From: Dictyostelium discoideum
Taxonomy: Eukaryota
DNA: 64,000 nucleotides
Assembly (NCBI GenBank): GCA_000004695.1
Contig: CM000153.2
Span: forward strand, 320,001-384,000
Direction of reading: 5' to 3'
In this document: in pieces, positions 1-11,059 of the stretch
Position numbering within the stretch: position 1 is the first letter of the stretch
Layout: each line of letters opens with the position of its first letter
Notes under the pieces: generated by a model
What the model was told of the DNA's origin: nothing
Database searches by the model: none
What the model saw: the letters and a program-made list of their open reading frames with translations, nothing else
Program-made: the position numbers and the translations under genes

Positions 1-2601
1 TTTATTTGGTGAATAAATTGTACCATTATCAAATTGAAGTTGGAAATCTGTATAATCATAGCCATTGTATTTATCCAATAAGAAATCAGAACTAACTAAA
101 ATAGTATTATTACTGAAAGTTGAAAATTGTGCTAAACCTCCATCAATTGTTAAATTTTTAGGTAATGGTGGTTGTATAGCTAATGTTTTTGAATCTTTAG
201 TAAATGTAAAAATTTTGTATTTATTAAAAATTGTATTTGTATTAAATTGTTTTACAATTGTACCAGTTTGAGAGAATTGAGAATCTTGATTACTTTGTGG
301 TTCATTTATATTGATATATCCACCTAAACAATTACTACATGTAAACAATAGTTGGTCTTGGTCACTTGTAATTGTGAGATCTGGTACCCTTGTATATGAA
401 TAATCGTCACTATAAACATATACATATGAGAATTGATTAATAACTAAACTAAGTCTTGAACGATCGAAATAGGTTACTTGGTCACTAGAAACAGCAATTT
501 TACTATCATCTAAATAAAATTTATAATTTGATAATTTTGATACAAAGAGACCCTCCATTATTATAATACCATTTTCAATTGAATATCTATAAATAATTGG
601 ACGAACTAAATAATATAAAATGTTTTTTGTTAGTGTTAAATGTTAAATTAAATGTTTTGTATGATTGAAATTATAATTTTTGAATTTTTACAAATACTTA
701 CAGTTTAATCCATTTGTTAAAGTTTCGATATGATAATCATTATTAAATGAAAGTACATTTGTAGAATATGTATTTAATGTGAATGAAATGATATTTGGTT
801 CAATTAAAGTATAGTCTAAATCATTTCCATTTTTATCATTATATTTAATACTTGTTATTGGAAATAAAGAAAATGGAAATGAAAGATGTAATTGTACCTT
901 TTCTTGATTTTGAGTGATTGATGAAATCCACTTTACTGGTGGTTGATAGGTAAATAAATTTGAATGAACCAATTTATCTTTAATATAAATTGAAAAATTA
1001 CCATTACCATAACCACTTGGAATATTGAATTTACCTTGTGTTAATACACTATTATTCAAAGTATTATAATCCAATATACATATTGTACCATTTAAAAATT
1101 CTAATTTTCCTATAATATATGCTTGATTATCGTATATTTTTGGAATAAAATGGCCACTTATTGATACTATTGAATTACCATAAAATCCAAATATTTCATT
1201 GCCACTGATATTAACTTTTTGAAAATTAGTTGGTAACGGTAATGCACCAGATCGTCTATATGGATAAATCGGGGCTTCTAAATAAATTCCACTTAAAATG
1301 ATTCCTTTAGTGTCCAATTGGATTGGATAGTATGAATATTTTGTATAATTATTTGGCAATCCTATTGTTTTTGCACCAATACAATTTGTACAATCGATGA
1401 ACAGTAGATTAAAATCATTATCACACCATGAGTTTAATTTCATTTGCTGTTGTGGTTTTAAAATTGGAAATCTGTCAGATGAATAATCAAAGAGTGAAAT
1501 AAAAAAGTAGTTTTCAACATAATCTGTAGAGTTTACCACCAATGTTGTTGAATTGAATGATATTATATTTGATTGGCTTAATATGTGTTTACTTTCGAAA
1601 TTTAATATATATGCTGATAAAAAAATTTTAAAAAATACACCATTTACTGTAATAATATCACCATTGTTTTCACAACTATTGATTATTGGTTCTATAAAAA
1701 GTTAAAATGAACATATTAGAATTTTATAGTTGAAGATAAAAGTGGTGGTAGTATGAAATATTAATTTTTTTAAAAACATAAATTATACATACTAATTGGT
1801 AAAACTTCAATTGCTTCACCATTATTTATTGAAATTAATTTTGAAGAATTTTCATCTAGTGTAAAACGTAAAATATTTGGTTGAACTAATGAATATTTAA
1901 TTGATGTTCTTTTTGTATTTTTATATGGACATACATATTTTGTTTTAATATAAACATTTACATAACAATCATAAAAATTTACAGATGGTGCAGTAAAGTT
2001 AAATTCTTGATTTTCATCACATTGAAAATAATAATTTCTAGTGGAATATCCGCAAATATTATTATTATTACTGTTATATCTTAATTTCAATGCATAATCG
2101 TCAAAACCAAATTTACCAAATTCAAATTCTTCTGTGTTCAAATTTCCAGTTGTATAAAAACTCCCCCTATATATTAATCCAGATTGACTTCTATAGGAAG
2201 ATAGATTTGAACAAATAGAAAAACGGTGCTCATACTAATTAATTTATAAAAATAAAATTTAATAAAATGTAATGCCCAGTACATTAATAAAGCTTCATTA
2301 TACTTACTTGGCTATAATGATCTGGAAAACTGTGATCAACATTTTTTAATTTTGATAAATTCAAAGAAAAATAATTTGAATTAAAAATACATGAATTTAA
2401 AACGGATGTACCATTAAAATCATAATTATAATATAAATTATCTAAACTTGTTATATTAAATAAATATAAAGGTTGAGTTAATTCAATTTCAACATTACTT
2501 CGAGTTTGAATAATTGATTTAAAGATTGATTGACAATTTAATGTTGTAATAAAAAATAATAACAAAACATTTATTGATAATATTAAATTTGAATAATTCA
2601 T
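1..2601 (-). CDS. Secreted/GPI-type cell-surface glycoprotein with IPT/TIG-like repeats, family copy A. The C-terminal end runs off the window start. Four exons at approx 2308-2601, 1793-2190, 701-1691 and <1-605.
   Basis: ORFs 2284..2601 (signal peptide MNYSNLILSINVLLLFFITTLNCQS), 1770..2141 and 688..1542 are colinear with copies B and E. So is an unlisted minus-strand frame over 1-600 (MEGLFVSKLSNYKFYLDD...FTCSNCLGG...). GTAAGT/GTATGT donors and AG acceptors bound three AT-rich introns. There are many NxS/T sequons, and IPT-like segment starts (PIINSISKIKDGN..G.GF) resemble those of the Tgr-like gene at 50291. Confidence 0.7.
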
Positions 2602-3289
2602 TCTTTATTATATAATTTTTATTAATAAAATAAAAATTAAATGATTAGAAAAAAAAAAAAAAAAAAAAAATTGTTTTGAAAGGATTATTGAGAATTATTG
2701 GAAAAAAAAAAAATAATAAAAAATAAAATTAATAAAATTAATAAAAAAATCTTAGTAAACTAAGACTGGGGAAGTAAAAATAAAAAAAATAATTAAAATA
2801 AAAAAAAAAAAAAAACTTTTCGGCAATGAAAAAAAATTTCGCAGTTTCCTAGGATTTCAAAAAAAAAATCTTTTTAATGTTTCGTTTTTATAATCCCAAA
2901 AATAGATTTTTTCTTAAAATTACCAGTGCTGAGAACATATTTTTTTTTTTTTAATAATTAAATAAAATAAAATAAAATAAATTAGAATACTCAGTTTTCT
3001 ATATATTCCAATTTGAAATCAAATCAAATCATATCAAATGAAACCAATTTAAATTAATTTAAATCAAATAAAAATAGTGTCATACGTCAAAAAAATAAAA
3101 AAAAAAAAAAAAAATAAAAAAATAAATGCAAGATATCTTTTTTATTTATTTGTTTTTTTTTTTCATAATTAATTTTTGAAAGTTAAATTTTTAAAAATTG
3201 TTTTTTTTTTTATTTTTTTTTTTTTTATTTTTTTTTTTTTATAATTTTCACTTGGGATTTATATTTTTTTTTTTTATTTTCCACACACA

Positions 3290-3682
3290 ACATGCTTACA
3301 GATAACAGTTATATATGCATTTAAATATTCATGGACTATATCAAAAATAATAAACATGTTGTACAAAAAAACAAAAAGAGAGAATCAACTACATAAAGAT
3401 TAAATCATTAATTTAATTCAATTGGTAATTGTTTAATAGTTTTATTTTCTGTTATTAATTATAAATTATTATATATTCTAATGGTGATAAATTAATTAGT
3501 TAGCATGAATTTAGATAGACAATGTGTTAATAAAGTTCAACAACCAAAAAATAAACCATCTTCACTTGTTTATATGGAACATCCAATTCAAGAGAATGAT
3601 ATTTTTGTGGTTAGACTTTAGCATAATATATTTGATCAAGAGAGATAGTCAAAGCAATCAAAGAGGTAAACTCTATTGAATC

Positions 3683-3720
<38 letters not shown>
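3290..3720. repeat. Roughly 400-bp intergenic repeat element ending in ...caaagaggtaaactctattgaatcaata followed by (AAT)n. A second copy lies at 8750-9130.
   Basis: Near-identical blocks at the two positions (ccacacacaacatgcttacagataacagttatata... and ...attctaatggtgataaattaattagttagc...). This is part of a roughly 5.4-kb tandem duplication unit made of gene A or B plus its upstream region. Confidence 0.7.
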
Positions 3721-3761
<41 letters not shown>

Positions 3762-4700
3762 GTGATGGTAATAATAATAAAAGTAATAATAGTGGCTTCA
3801 GTGAATTAGTTCTTAAATTGAAGAAATTAAAGGTATTCTAGAATTAATGAAATCAATTACTTCGACAACAACAGAAACAACAAAAACAATTACCACTCAA
3901 GAAAGTACTGATTCTTTATGAAATCACTCAAGTACTTTTGATCATTGATGGTTTGGATCAATTGGACACAAGAAGAATCGTACTCATACTTTGGATTAGT
4001 TATCAATTACATTACTAATTAAATTGATGGTTCAAGATTAGATGGTCATCATACTCAAAGTTGTAGATGTGTGCACCAACTGAAAATCATTGTCGCACCA
4101 ATGAAAGTTAAAGATGGTCATAGTTTAATATTGGGTAAATTTGAAGAATTCCTTAACAAATTGGATGAATCTGCAATCAATAATCAAATGTCAATAATAA
4201 TAATAATATTAGAAATTTAGTATGAAATGAAAGAGAGAAAAATTCATTCAATGCACCAATTTGTTTAATTAAAAACAAAGATATCTTGGAGCATATTAAA
4301 GATTTCTGTGATATAGTTTCTCCAACTCATATCCTTTCAAATCAACCAACCAAATGTTAAATAAAGCACAAATTAAAGATAGTTGTAAACAAAACACGTG
4401 ATGGCTCAAAAATTGCCTGCTGGTAAAAATTCAATCATTCATATTTTCAAAGCATCTAATGGTTCAGAGTTGTTATAAAATTGGTTTGTCATTCGAATTG
4501 GATCTCTTGTTTCACCTTGGCAAGTCAAGTTGGGATGATACAGTGATAGTTTGGGATTTCATGGTAATACTGTTGTTACCATTGCACATATCAAGTGGGA
4601 TCAGTTCTTGGTGTCGACTACCAAGCGCTTGTCAATATCTCTGTGGTCTTGTTATTCAAGTCTGTAGTTTAAAAAATACATCAATATTAGAAAAATAATA
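3540..4700 (+). pseudogene. Decayed coding relic with a WD40-like segment (...GKSSWDDTVIVWDF...) and many in-frame stops.
   Basis: Higher GC than the surroundings and a C/A-rich strand bias. ORF 4459..4698 contains a WD-repeat-like 'SWDDTVIVWD' and 'HISSGISS' (compare GHTSSVTSV), but the flanking frames are full of stops. The segment is present upstream of copy A and absent from the equivalent place upstream of copy B. Confidence 0.35.
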
Positions 4701-4811
4701 TAAATAAAGATGAAACAAAATAATGTTTTTTTAGAGTCTTTGTTTATTTATTATTTTATTGTTTCTTTTTTATTGAAAGTAAATTTGATAGTTTTATTAA
4801 TTTATTTTTAT

Positions 4812-7800
4812 TTATTGAAGCAATATTGATATTAGAATAAAAATAGTAGCAACTAGTTTGGAGAAAACTGAATGTAAACTAATATCACTGCTTAACATTT
4901 CATCGTCAGAATAAGTTTGGGTATAAACGGGCTCAAATTGGAAATTTGAATTTTGGTGGCTTCTAAGTTGTATTTCAATTGGATCATTATCAAAATATAT
5001 TTCCAATTTTTCATGTATTGAAAATTGGCAATTAATATTTTGATTTATTATTTCAGGATAACAATCGATTGTTTCCGAAAGGGTACGATTCTCTTTATAT
5101 AAACTATTTGCTTTAAAAGTACCACGTACAATTACATTAAAGAAACCATCCCCATTCATTTTAATATTTCCATCCTTAATTTTTGATATTGAATTAATTA
5201 TTGGTTTTTTTGGATAATAGAATGGGATTGGATTTATTATAAACTTTCTTCTATTTTCAAAAGTAACAAATACACTAAAATTACCAGATCCATATGCAAA
5301 TGGTGCATTTATTTGATATCTATAGTTTTGATCTGATTTTGATAAAAATTGTTTTTTTGCAGAATGAATTGTACCATTATCAAATTGAAATTGGAAATCG
5401 ATATTATCAAAACCATTGTATTTATCCATTAAGAAATCAGCACTTACTAAAATAGTATTATTACTGAAAGTTGAAAATTGGGCCAAACTTCCATCAACTA
5501 TTACATTTGAAGGTAATGGTGGTTGAATAACTATTGTTTTTGAATCTTTTGTAAATGTAAAAATATTGTATTTGTTAAATATTGTTTTTGTATTAAATTG
5601 TTTTACAATTGTACCAATTTGAGAGAATTGAGAATCTTGATCAGTTTGTGGTTCATTTATATTGATAGATCCACCTAAACAATTACTACATGTAAATAAT
5701 AATTGGTCTTGGTTACTAGTAATCGTGAGATCTGGTACCTTAGTAAATGAATAATCATCAATATAAACATATACATGTGAAGCCTTATTCATAATTAAAC
5801 TAAGTCTAGAACTATCGAAATAGGTTATTTGATCGCTGGAAATAGAATTTTTACTATCATCTAGATAAAATTTATAATTTGACAAATTTGACATAAAGAC
5901 ACCCTCCATTGTTATAACATCATTTTGAATTGAATAGTTATAAATAATTGGACGGACTAAATAGTATATATTATGTTTTTTTGTTAGTGTTAATATGTTA
6001 AATGTTTTGTATGGTTCAAAAATAATAATTTTTGAATGTTTACAAATACATACAGTTTAATTCATTTGTTAAAGTTTCGATATGATAATCATTATTAAAT
6101 GAAAGTACATTTGTAGAATTTGCATTTAATGTGAATGAAATAATATTTGGTTCAATTAAAGTATAGTCTAAATCTATTCCATTTTTATTATTATATTTAA
6201 TACTTGTTATTTGAAAGAAATAAACTGGGAATGAAAGATGTAATTGTACCTTTTCTAGATTTTGGGTGACAGATGATATCCACTTTGATGTTGTATAACT
6301 AAATGGATTTAAATGAACCAATTTATCTTTAATATAAATTGAAAAATTACCATTACCATAGCCACTTGGAATACTGAAATTACCTTCTGTAAATACTCTA
6401 TTACTCAAAGTTTTATAATCCAATATACATATTGTACCATTTGAAAATTCTAATTTTCCTATAATATATGCTTGATTATTATACATTTTTGGAATAAAAC
6501 TGCCACTTATTGAAACTGTTGAGATAACATTAAATTCGAATATTTCATTGCCACTGAAACTAACATGATTAAAATCAGTTGGTAACTGTAATGCACTTGA
6601 TCTTTTATATGGATAAATAGGGGCTTCTATATAAATTTCACTATCATCATTCAAAGTGATATAAATATCACTAACTTCAATTGGAGATGAATCTACTACT
6701 GTATAATTATATAACAATCCTTTTGTATTTGCACCAATACAATTTTTACAATAGATGAAAATTGAATTAAAAAAACCAGATTCATGATCATATCTTGAAC
6801 TTAATACCATTTGTTGTTGTGGCTTTAAAATTGGATAGCTTTCAGATTTAATTCCGAAAAGAGAAATAAAAAAGTTATTGTCAACGTAACCTGTTGAGTT
6901 TACTACCAATGTTGTTGAGTTGAATGATGTTATCATCGGTGGTTTTATTTGATAACCACCGTAATAAAATGTATAATTTGATAATACATTTTTAAAAAAT
7001 ATACCTTTTACTGTAATAACATCACCATTATTTTCACAATTATTGATTACTGGCTCTAAAAGAAGTTTTTTAAATTGTACTTATTAGTATTTTATAGGTT
7101 TTTTTGATTATAAAAGTAGTAGTGGTAGGAAATATTAATTTTTTTAAAAACATAAATTATACATACTAATTGATAAATCTATAGTTTTATTACCATTTAC
7201 TGAAATTAAATTTGAAGAATTTTCATCCAATGTGTAACGTAAAATATTTGGTTCAATTAATGAATATTCAATTGGTGTTCTTTTATTATTTTTATATGGA
7301 CATACATATTTTGTTTTAATATAAACATCTACATTACAATCATTAATGGATGCATATTTTGAGGAAGTAAAGTTAAACTCTTGTCTTTCATCACATATAA
7401 AATAATAATCTCTAGACATTAGATCGGTACCACCAAAAATATTTGGACAAGAAATGTGTGGATTGGTATATGTTAATTTTAATTTATAATTATCATTATT
7501 TATACCCAATTTAAAACTTTCTGTATTTAAGTATCCAGTTGGAAATGAAAATTTCCCATATTCTTCAGCACCAGATTGACTGTTTGTAAAAGATAGATTT
7601 GAACAAATTGAAAAAAAGTGTTTATACTAATTGGTTTAAAAAATAAAAGTTAATAAATGTAAAATGTAATATTTTATAAAGTTTCATTTTACTTACATCA
7701 GGGTTATAATAGTCTGGAAAACTATAGTCAATATTTTTAAATTTTGATAAATCAAAAGAATAATAAGTTGAATTAAAAATACATGAGTTTAAAACAGATG

Positions 7801-7990
7801 TACCATTAAAATCATAATTATAATATAAATTATCTAAACTTGTAATATTAAATAATTTTAATGGTTCGGCCAACTGAATTTCAACATTACTTCCAGTTTG
7901 ATTAATTGAAGTATAGATAAACTGACTATTTAATTTTGTAATAAAAATTAAAAAAAAAATAGTTGATAATATAAAATTTGAAAATTTCAT
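4812..7990 (-). CDS. Secreted/GPI-type cell-surface glycoprotein with IPT/TIG-like repeats, family copy B (apparently intact). Four exons at approx 7687-7990, 7167-7579, 6054-7055 and 4812-5957.
   Basis: ORFs 7622..7990 (signal peptide MKFSNFILSTIFFLIFITKLNSQ), 7144..7509, 6040..6936 and 4812..5909. GTAAGT/GTATGT donors close each exon, and acceptors (ttttacaaacag|, cttttag|, ctatttag|) open the next. The C-terminus ends in a hydrophobic tail (SVFSKLVATIFILISILLQ) typical of a GPI-attachment signal. Confidence 0.75.
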
Positions 7991-8056
7991 TTTTTATTAT
8001 GTGCTATTTAATAAAATAAAAATATATTGAAAAAAAAAAAAAAAAAACTATTTATA

Positions 8057-8098
<42 letters not shown>

Positions 8099-8697
8099 AA
8101 ATTATCTAATTCTTATTGGAGAAAAAAAAAATTGGGCAGTCTTGAATGAAAATATCTTGAACATTTTTTTTCCTGAATTTTAAAGTTTAACCGAAAAGTT
8201 TTTTTTTCTTTTTATTTTTTTAATATATTTTTTTATTTTTTTTGTTCAATTTTCTTTAAAAGATTAAATTAAAGAAATCAAAGATGATTTTTTTTTTAAA
8301 AAAAACCTAATCACAAGAAAAAGATTGTAATTAGAATTAAAGTAATTAACTTCTTGAAAGCCATTTTTTTTTCTTTTTTTTTTTCTTTTTTTTTTTTTTC
8401 AAATAAGGAGAGCCTCTCAGAAAATAAAGAAAAAAAAAAAAAGGCGACAAACCCACCTTTGTCACACAAAATTAATTTTCAACAATTTTATTCCAAAATT
8501 AAACTCAAAAAAAAAAAAAAAAAATTTTTCAATTTGGTTATATTAAGGGTGGTTGGATGTAAAAATTTCAGAATTAAAGTGGTGAAAAGTAATTTTGTGC
8601 GGCACTGCGGGTTTGTCTCCTTTTTTTTTTTTTACTTTTATTTTTTTATTTTCTATAGGACTTCCCTTTCAATTTTCCGAAGTTTGAATTGAAAAAA

Positions 8698-8748
<51 letters not shown>

Positions 8749-8749
8749 T

Positions 8750-9064
8750 TCTAACACAAAAAATGCACACAGAAACAGTTATATAAAACATGTTTTCAAA
8801 TATTTATAGACTATATCAAAAAATAAGCATTGCATGTTTTACGAAAAAAAAGAGTATCCCATAAAGATTAAATCATTAATTTAATTCAATTGGTAATTAT
8901 TAAATAATTAGTTTATTTTCTATTATTAATTAATTATATATTCTAATGGTGATAAATTAATTAGTTAGCTTAAAATATAGATGGACAAGTTGCTAATAAA
9001 GGTCAATCTTCAGGTGTTTGTATGGAATCAAAGAGGTAAGCTCTATTGAATCAATAGAATTTTA

Positions 9065-9130
<66 letters not shown>
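8750..9130. repeat. Second copy of the roughly 400-bp intergenic repeat plus the (AAT)n microsatellite at 9066-9158.
   Basis: Alignable by eye with 3290-3720. The (AAT)n run is about 30 units. Confidence 0.7.
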
Positions 9131-9163
<33 letters not shown>

Positions 9164-9419
9164 TTAATTAAATAAATAAACAAAAAGAATAAATAAATAA
9201 AAACAATAAATAAAAAAAAAGATAATAAAATAAAACTACAATCTTAATTGAAAAAAAAAAAAAAAAAAAAAAAAAATAAATAAATAAAATAAAACTAGTT
9301 TTAATAAATCTAAAACTTTGTAAATATGTTTTGAAAAAAAAAAAAATATTTTATTTTATTGTTTAACTAAATTTGGTTTAAAATTCAAATAAAGAACTAT
9401 CTACTCTAAAAGAGAAACC

Positions 9420-9770
9420 CTTTTCAAATGAACTCTTTGAATGATTTTATTCAACCATTGTTAACCAGCGGTCAATGAAGCATATTTAGCGCCAAAGGAA
9501 ACGTTATTGGTATTAAACAATAGCCTTGAGAAGGTGAAGCATCACTTGTAGTTCTACCATAATGAGCAGCATGATGAGCAGCAGGTGGACGAGTGACGCA
9601 AAAAGAACGAGTATACCCAGAACGAATAAAAGAATCAATGACAGCACAAACTAAACCACTTACTCTCGATGCAGCTTTAATGGAACGAATTGGACATGCA
9701 TATGTTGTGTTTTAATTTCGATTGTACAGTATCAGTAGAGTTGATCACAACGCTCAATATTCAGTGGGAG
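9420..9770 (-). other. GC-rich island of about 350 bp with a 77-codon stop-free frame on the minus strand (YACPIRSIKAASRVSGLVCAVIDSFIRSGYTRSFCVTRPPAAHHAAHYGRTTSDASPSQGYC...). Its origin is unknown; it may be a mobile-element or foreign fragment.
   Basis: Local GC is about 50% against roughly 20% around it. There is no counterpart in the paralogous A unit, and no ORF of 60 aa or more was reported in the track for it. Confidence 0.3.
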
Positions 9771-9910
9771 AATGCTACACTTTTTTAAACAAGTGATTGA
9801 ACTAAGAATGGTTGAAATTAATTGTTTACAACTTCACCTTCTAAACAATCTAAAATACCTTCAAATTGAAAGATATGGGATATTGAGTATTCTAATTTTA
9901 TTATTTTTTT

Positions 9911-10651
9911 TTAAAATAATATATTTATTAATAAAAATGCTATTAAGAAAATATTTAAAATTAATTTTGACGATTTTGATGAATTTGGTTCATTTGATTC
10001 CTTTGGTTCATTTGAAGAATTTGGTTCATTTGATGAATTTGGTTCATTTGATTCATTTGGTTCTGGATTTGGTATTGAATTGAAGCAGGATAAATATTGA
10101 TCATTTTTAGTTTTTGAATATAAAGCATCTTTACAATCAATGGAACCATAGGATTCAGTACTTCCAATTCCAGTACAATCTTTTGATGGGTAGGTTGTAA
10201 TAGTGTAATTTTGAAAAGGATCATAATTGATTTTAATATTTGTACCACATACTGATGAACATTTACCTATTGTAACTATTTTATCATCGACACAAGGACC
10301 TTTTACAAATTTGAAAGAATAATATTTTGAAATTAATGTTGAACAAGTTATTTCCCCATCTATTACTTGATTATTATATCCATCATAGCAATTAAAATTA
10401 ACAATAAATGGATAATTTGTGTTTTCATAGTAACCTTGATTTTTGCAATCATAATCTGTAAAGAATGAAATTTGAAAATATGAATTGTACATTTTTGATA
10501 TCTTTGCATTTTTATTACAAAATATGCCACATTCATCCAAGTTTAATACACCATTTTCACAATTCTTTGCTTGTATTTTAAATACATCATATTGTGATGA
10601 CACAATTAAAAAAATATTAAATAAAAATAAGATTAAAAAAATAAATTTCAT
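9911..10651 (-). CDS. Small secreted Cys-rich, GPI-type glycoprotein with a Ser-rich (NEPNSS)n linker. It is ponticulin-like. Copy P1.
   Basis: ORF 9911..10651 is 246 aa. It has an N-terminal signal peptide (MKFIFLILFLFNIFLIVSSQ), about 16 Cys in a roughly 150-aa domain, and a C-terminal hydrophobic tail (KLILNIFLIAFLLINILF) of the kind that signals GPI attachment. Its paralogues are at 18450..19091 and 15121..15700. Confidence 0.7.
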   Translation of the reverse strand: MKFIFLILFLFNIFLIVSSQYDVFKIQAKNCENGVLNLDECGIFCNKNAKISKMYNSYFQISFFTDYDCKNQGYYENTNYPFIVNFNCYDGYNNQVIDGEITCSTLISKYYSFKFVKGPCVDDKIVTIGKCSSVCGTNIKINYDPFQNYTITTYPSKDCTGIGSTESYGSIDCKDALYSKTKNDQYLSCFNSIPNPEPNESNEPNSSNEPNSSNEPKESNEPNSSKSSKLILNIFLIAFLLINILF

Positions 10652-10788
10652 GTTTGTTGGAAAAAAAGAAAAATGACAAGAAAAAAAAAAAAAAAAAAAA
10701 AATATTATTTGTTATTTTTTAAAAAAAAAAAAAATTTATTTTTGGGACCTGTAAATTTAAGAAAAATATCCTTTTTTCCAATCTAAAA

Positions 10789-10866
10789 AACCGTTTTTTT
10801 CTTGGGTTTGCAAAAAAAAGTTTCGGCAAACAATAATTTTGAAAACCCAAGAAAAAAACGGTTTTT
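10789..10866. promoter_or_regulatory. Perfect 24-bp inverted repeat (aaaaaccgtttttttcttgggttt ... aaacccaagaaaaaaacggttttt) in the divergent intergenic region between P1 on the minus strand and IPT copy C on the plus strand.
   Basis: Read directly from the sequence. The arms are separated by about 30 bp (gcaaaaaaaagtttcggcaaacaataattttgaa). The adjacent ...ggacctgtaaatttaagaaaaatatcc... motif recurs upstream of other family copies at 2800-2940 (reverse orientation) and 15760-15860. Confidence 0.5.
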
Positions 10867-11059
10867 TTTTTGTTTGCCAAAACTTTTTTTTTTTTTTTAT
10901 ATATTTTTAATCGAATTTTAGTTTTTTAATTAATTTTTTTTATTTTTTTTTTTTTTATAAATTAATTCTCACCAATCCTTTCAAAACAAATTTTTTTTTT
11001 TTTTTTTTTATTTATTAATTTTAATTTTTATTTCATTAATAAAAAGTATATAATAAACA

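Noticed and set aside
8354-8692. ORF of poly-F and poly-K content in the A/T homopolymer region. Similar cases are 14444..14800, 23991..24361, 26889..27071, 40664..40858, 47230..47747, 49119..49325, 61070..61336 and 63000..63448.
   Set aside because: These are pure translations of poly(A)/poly(T), (ATT)n, (CTTTT)n, (ATTACT)n or (CAAA)n repeats in intergenic DNA. They are not genes.
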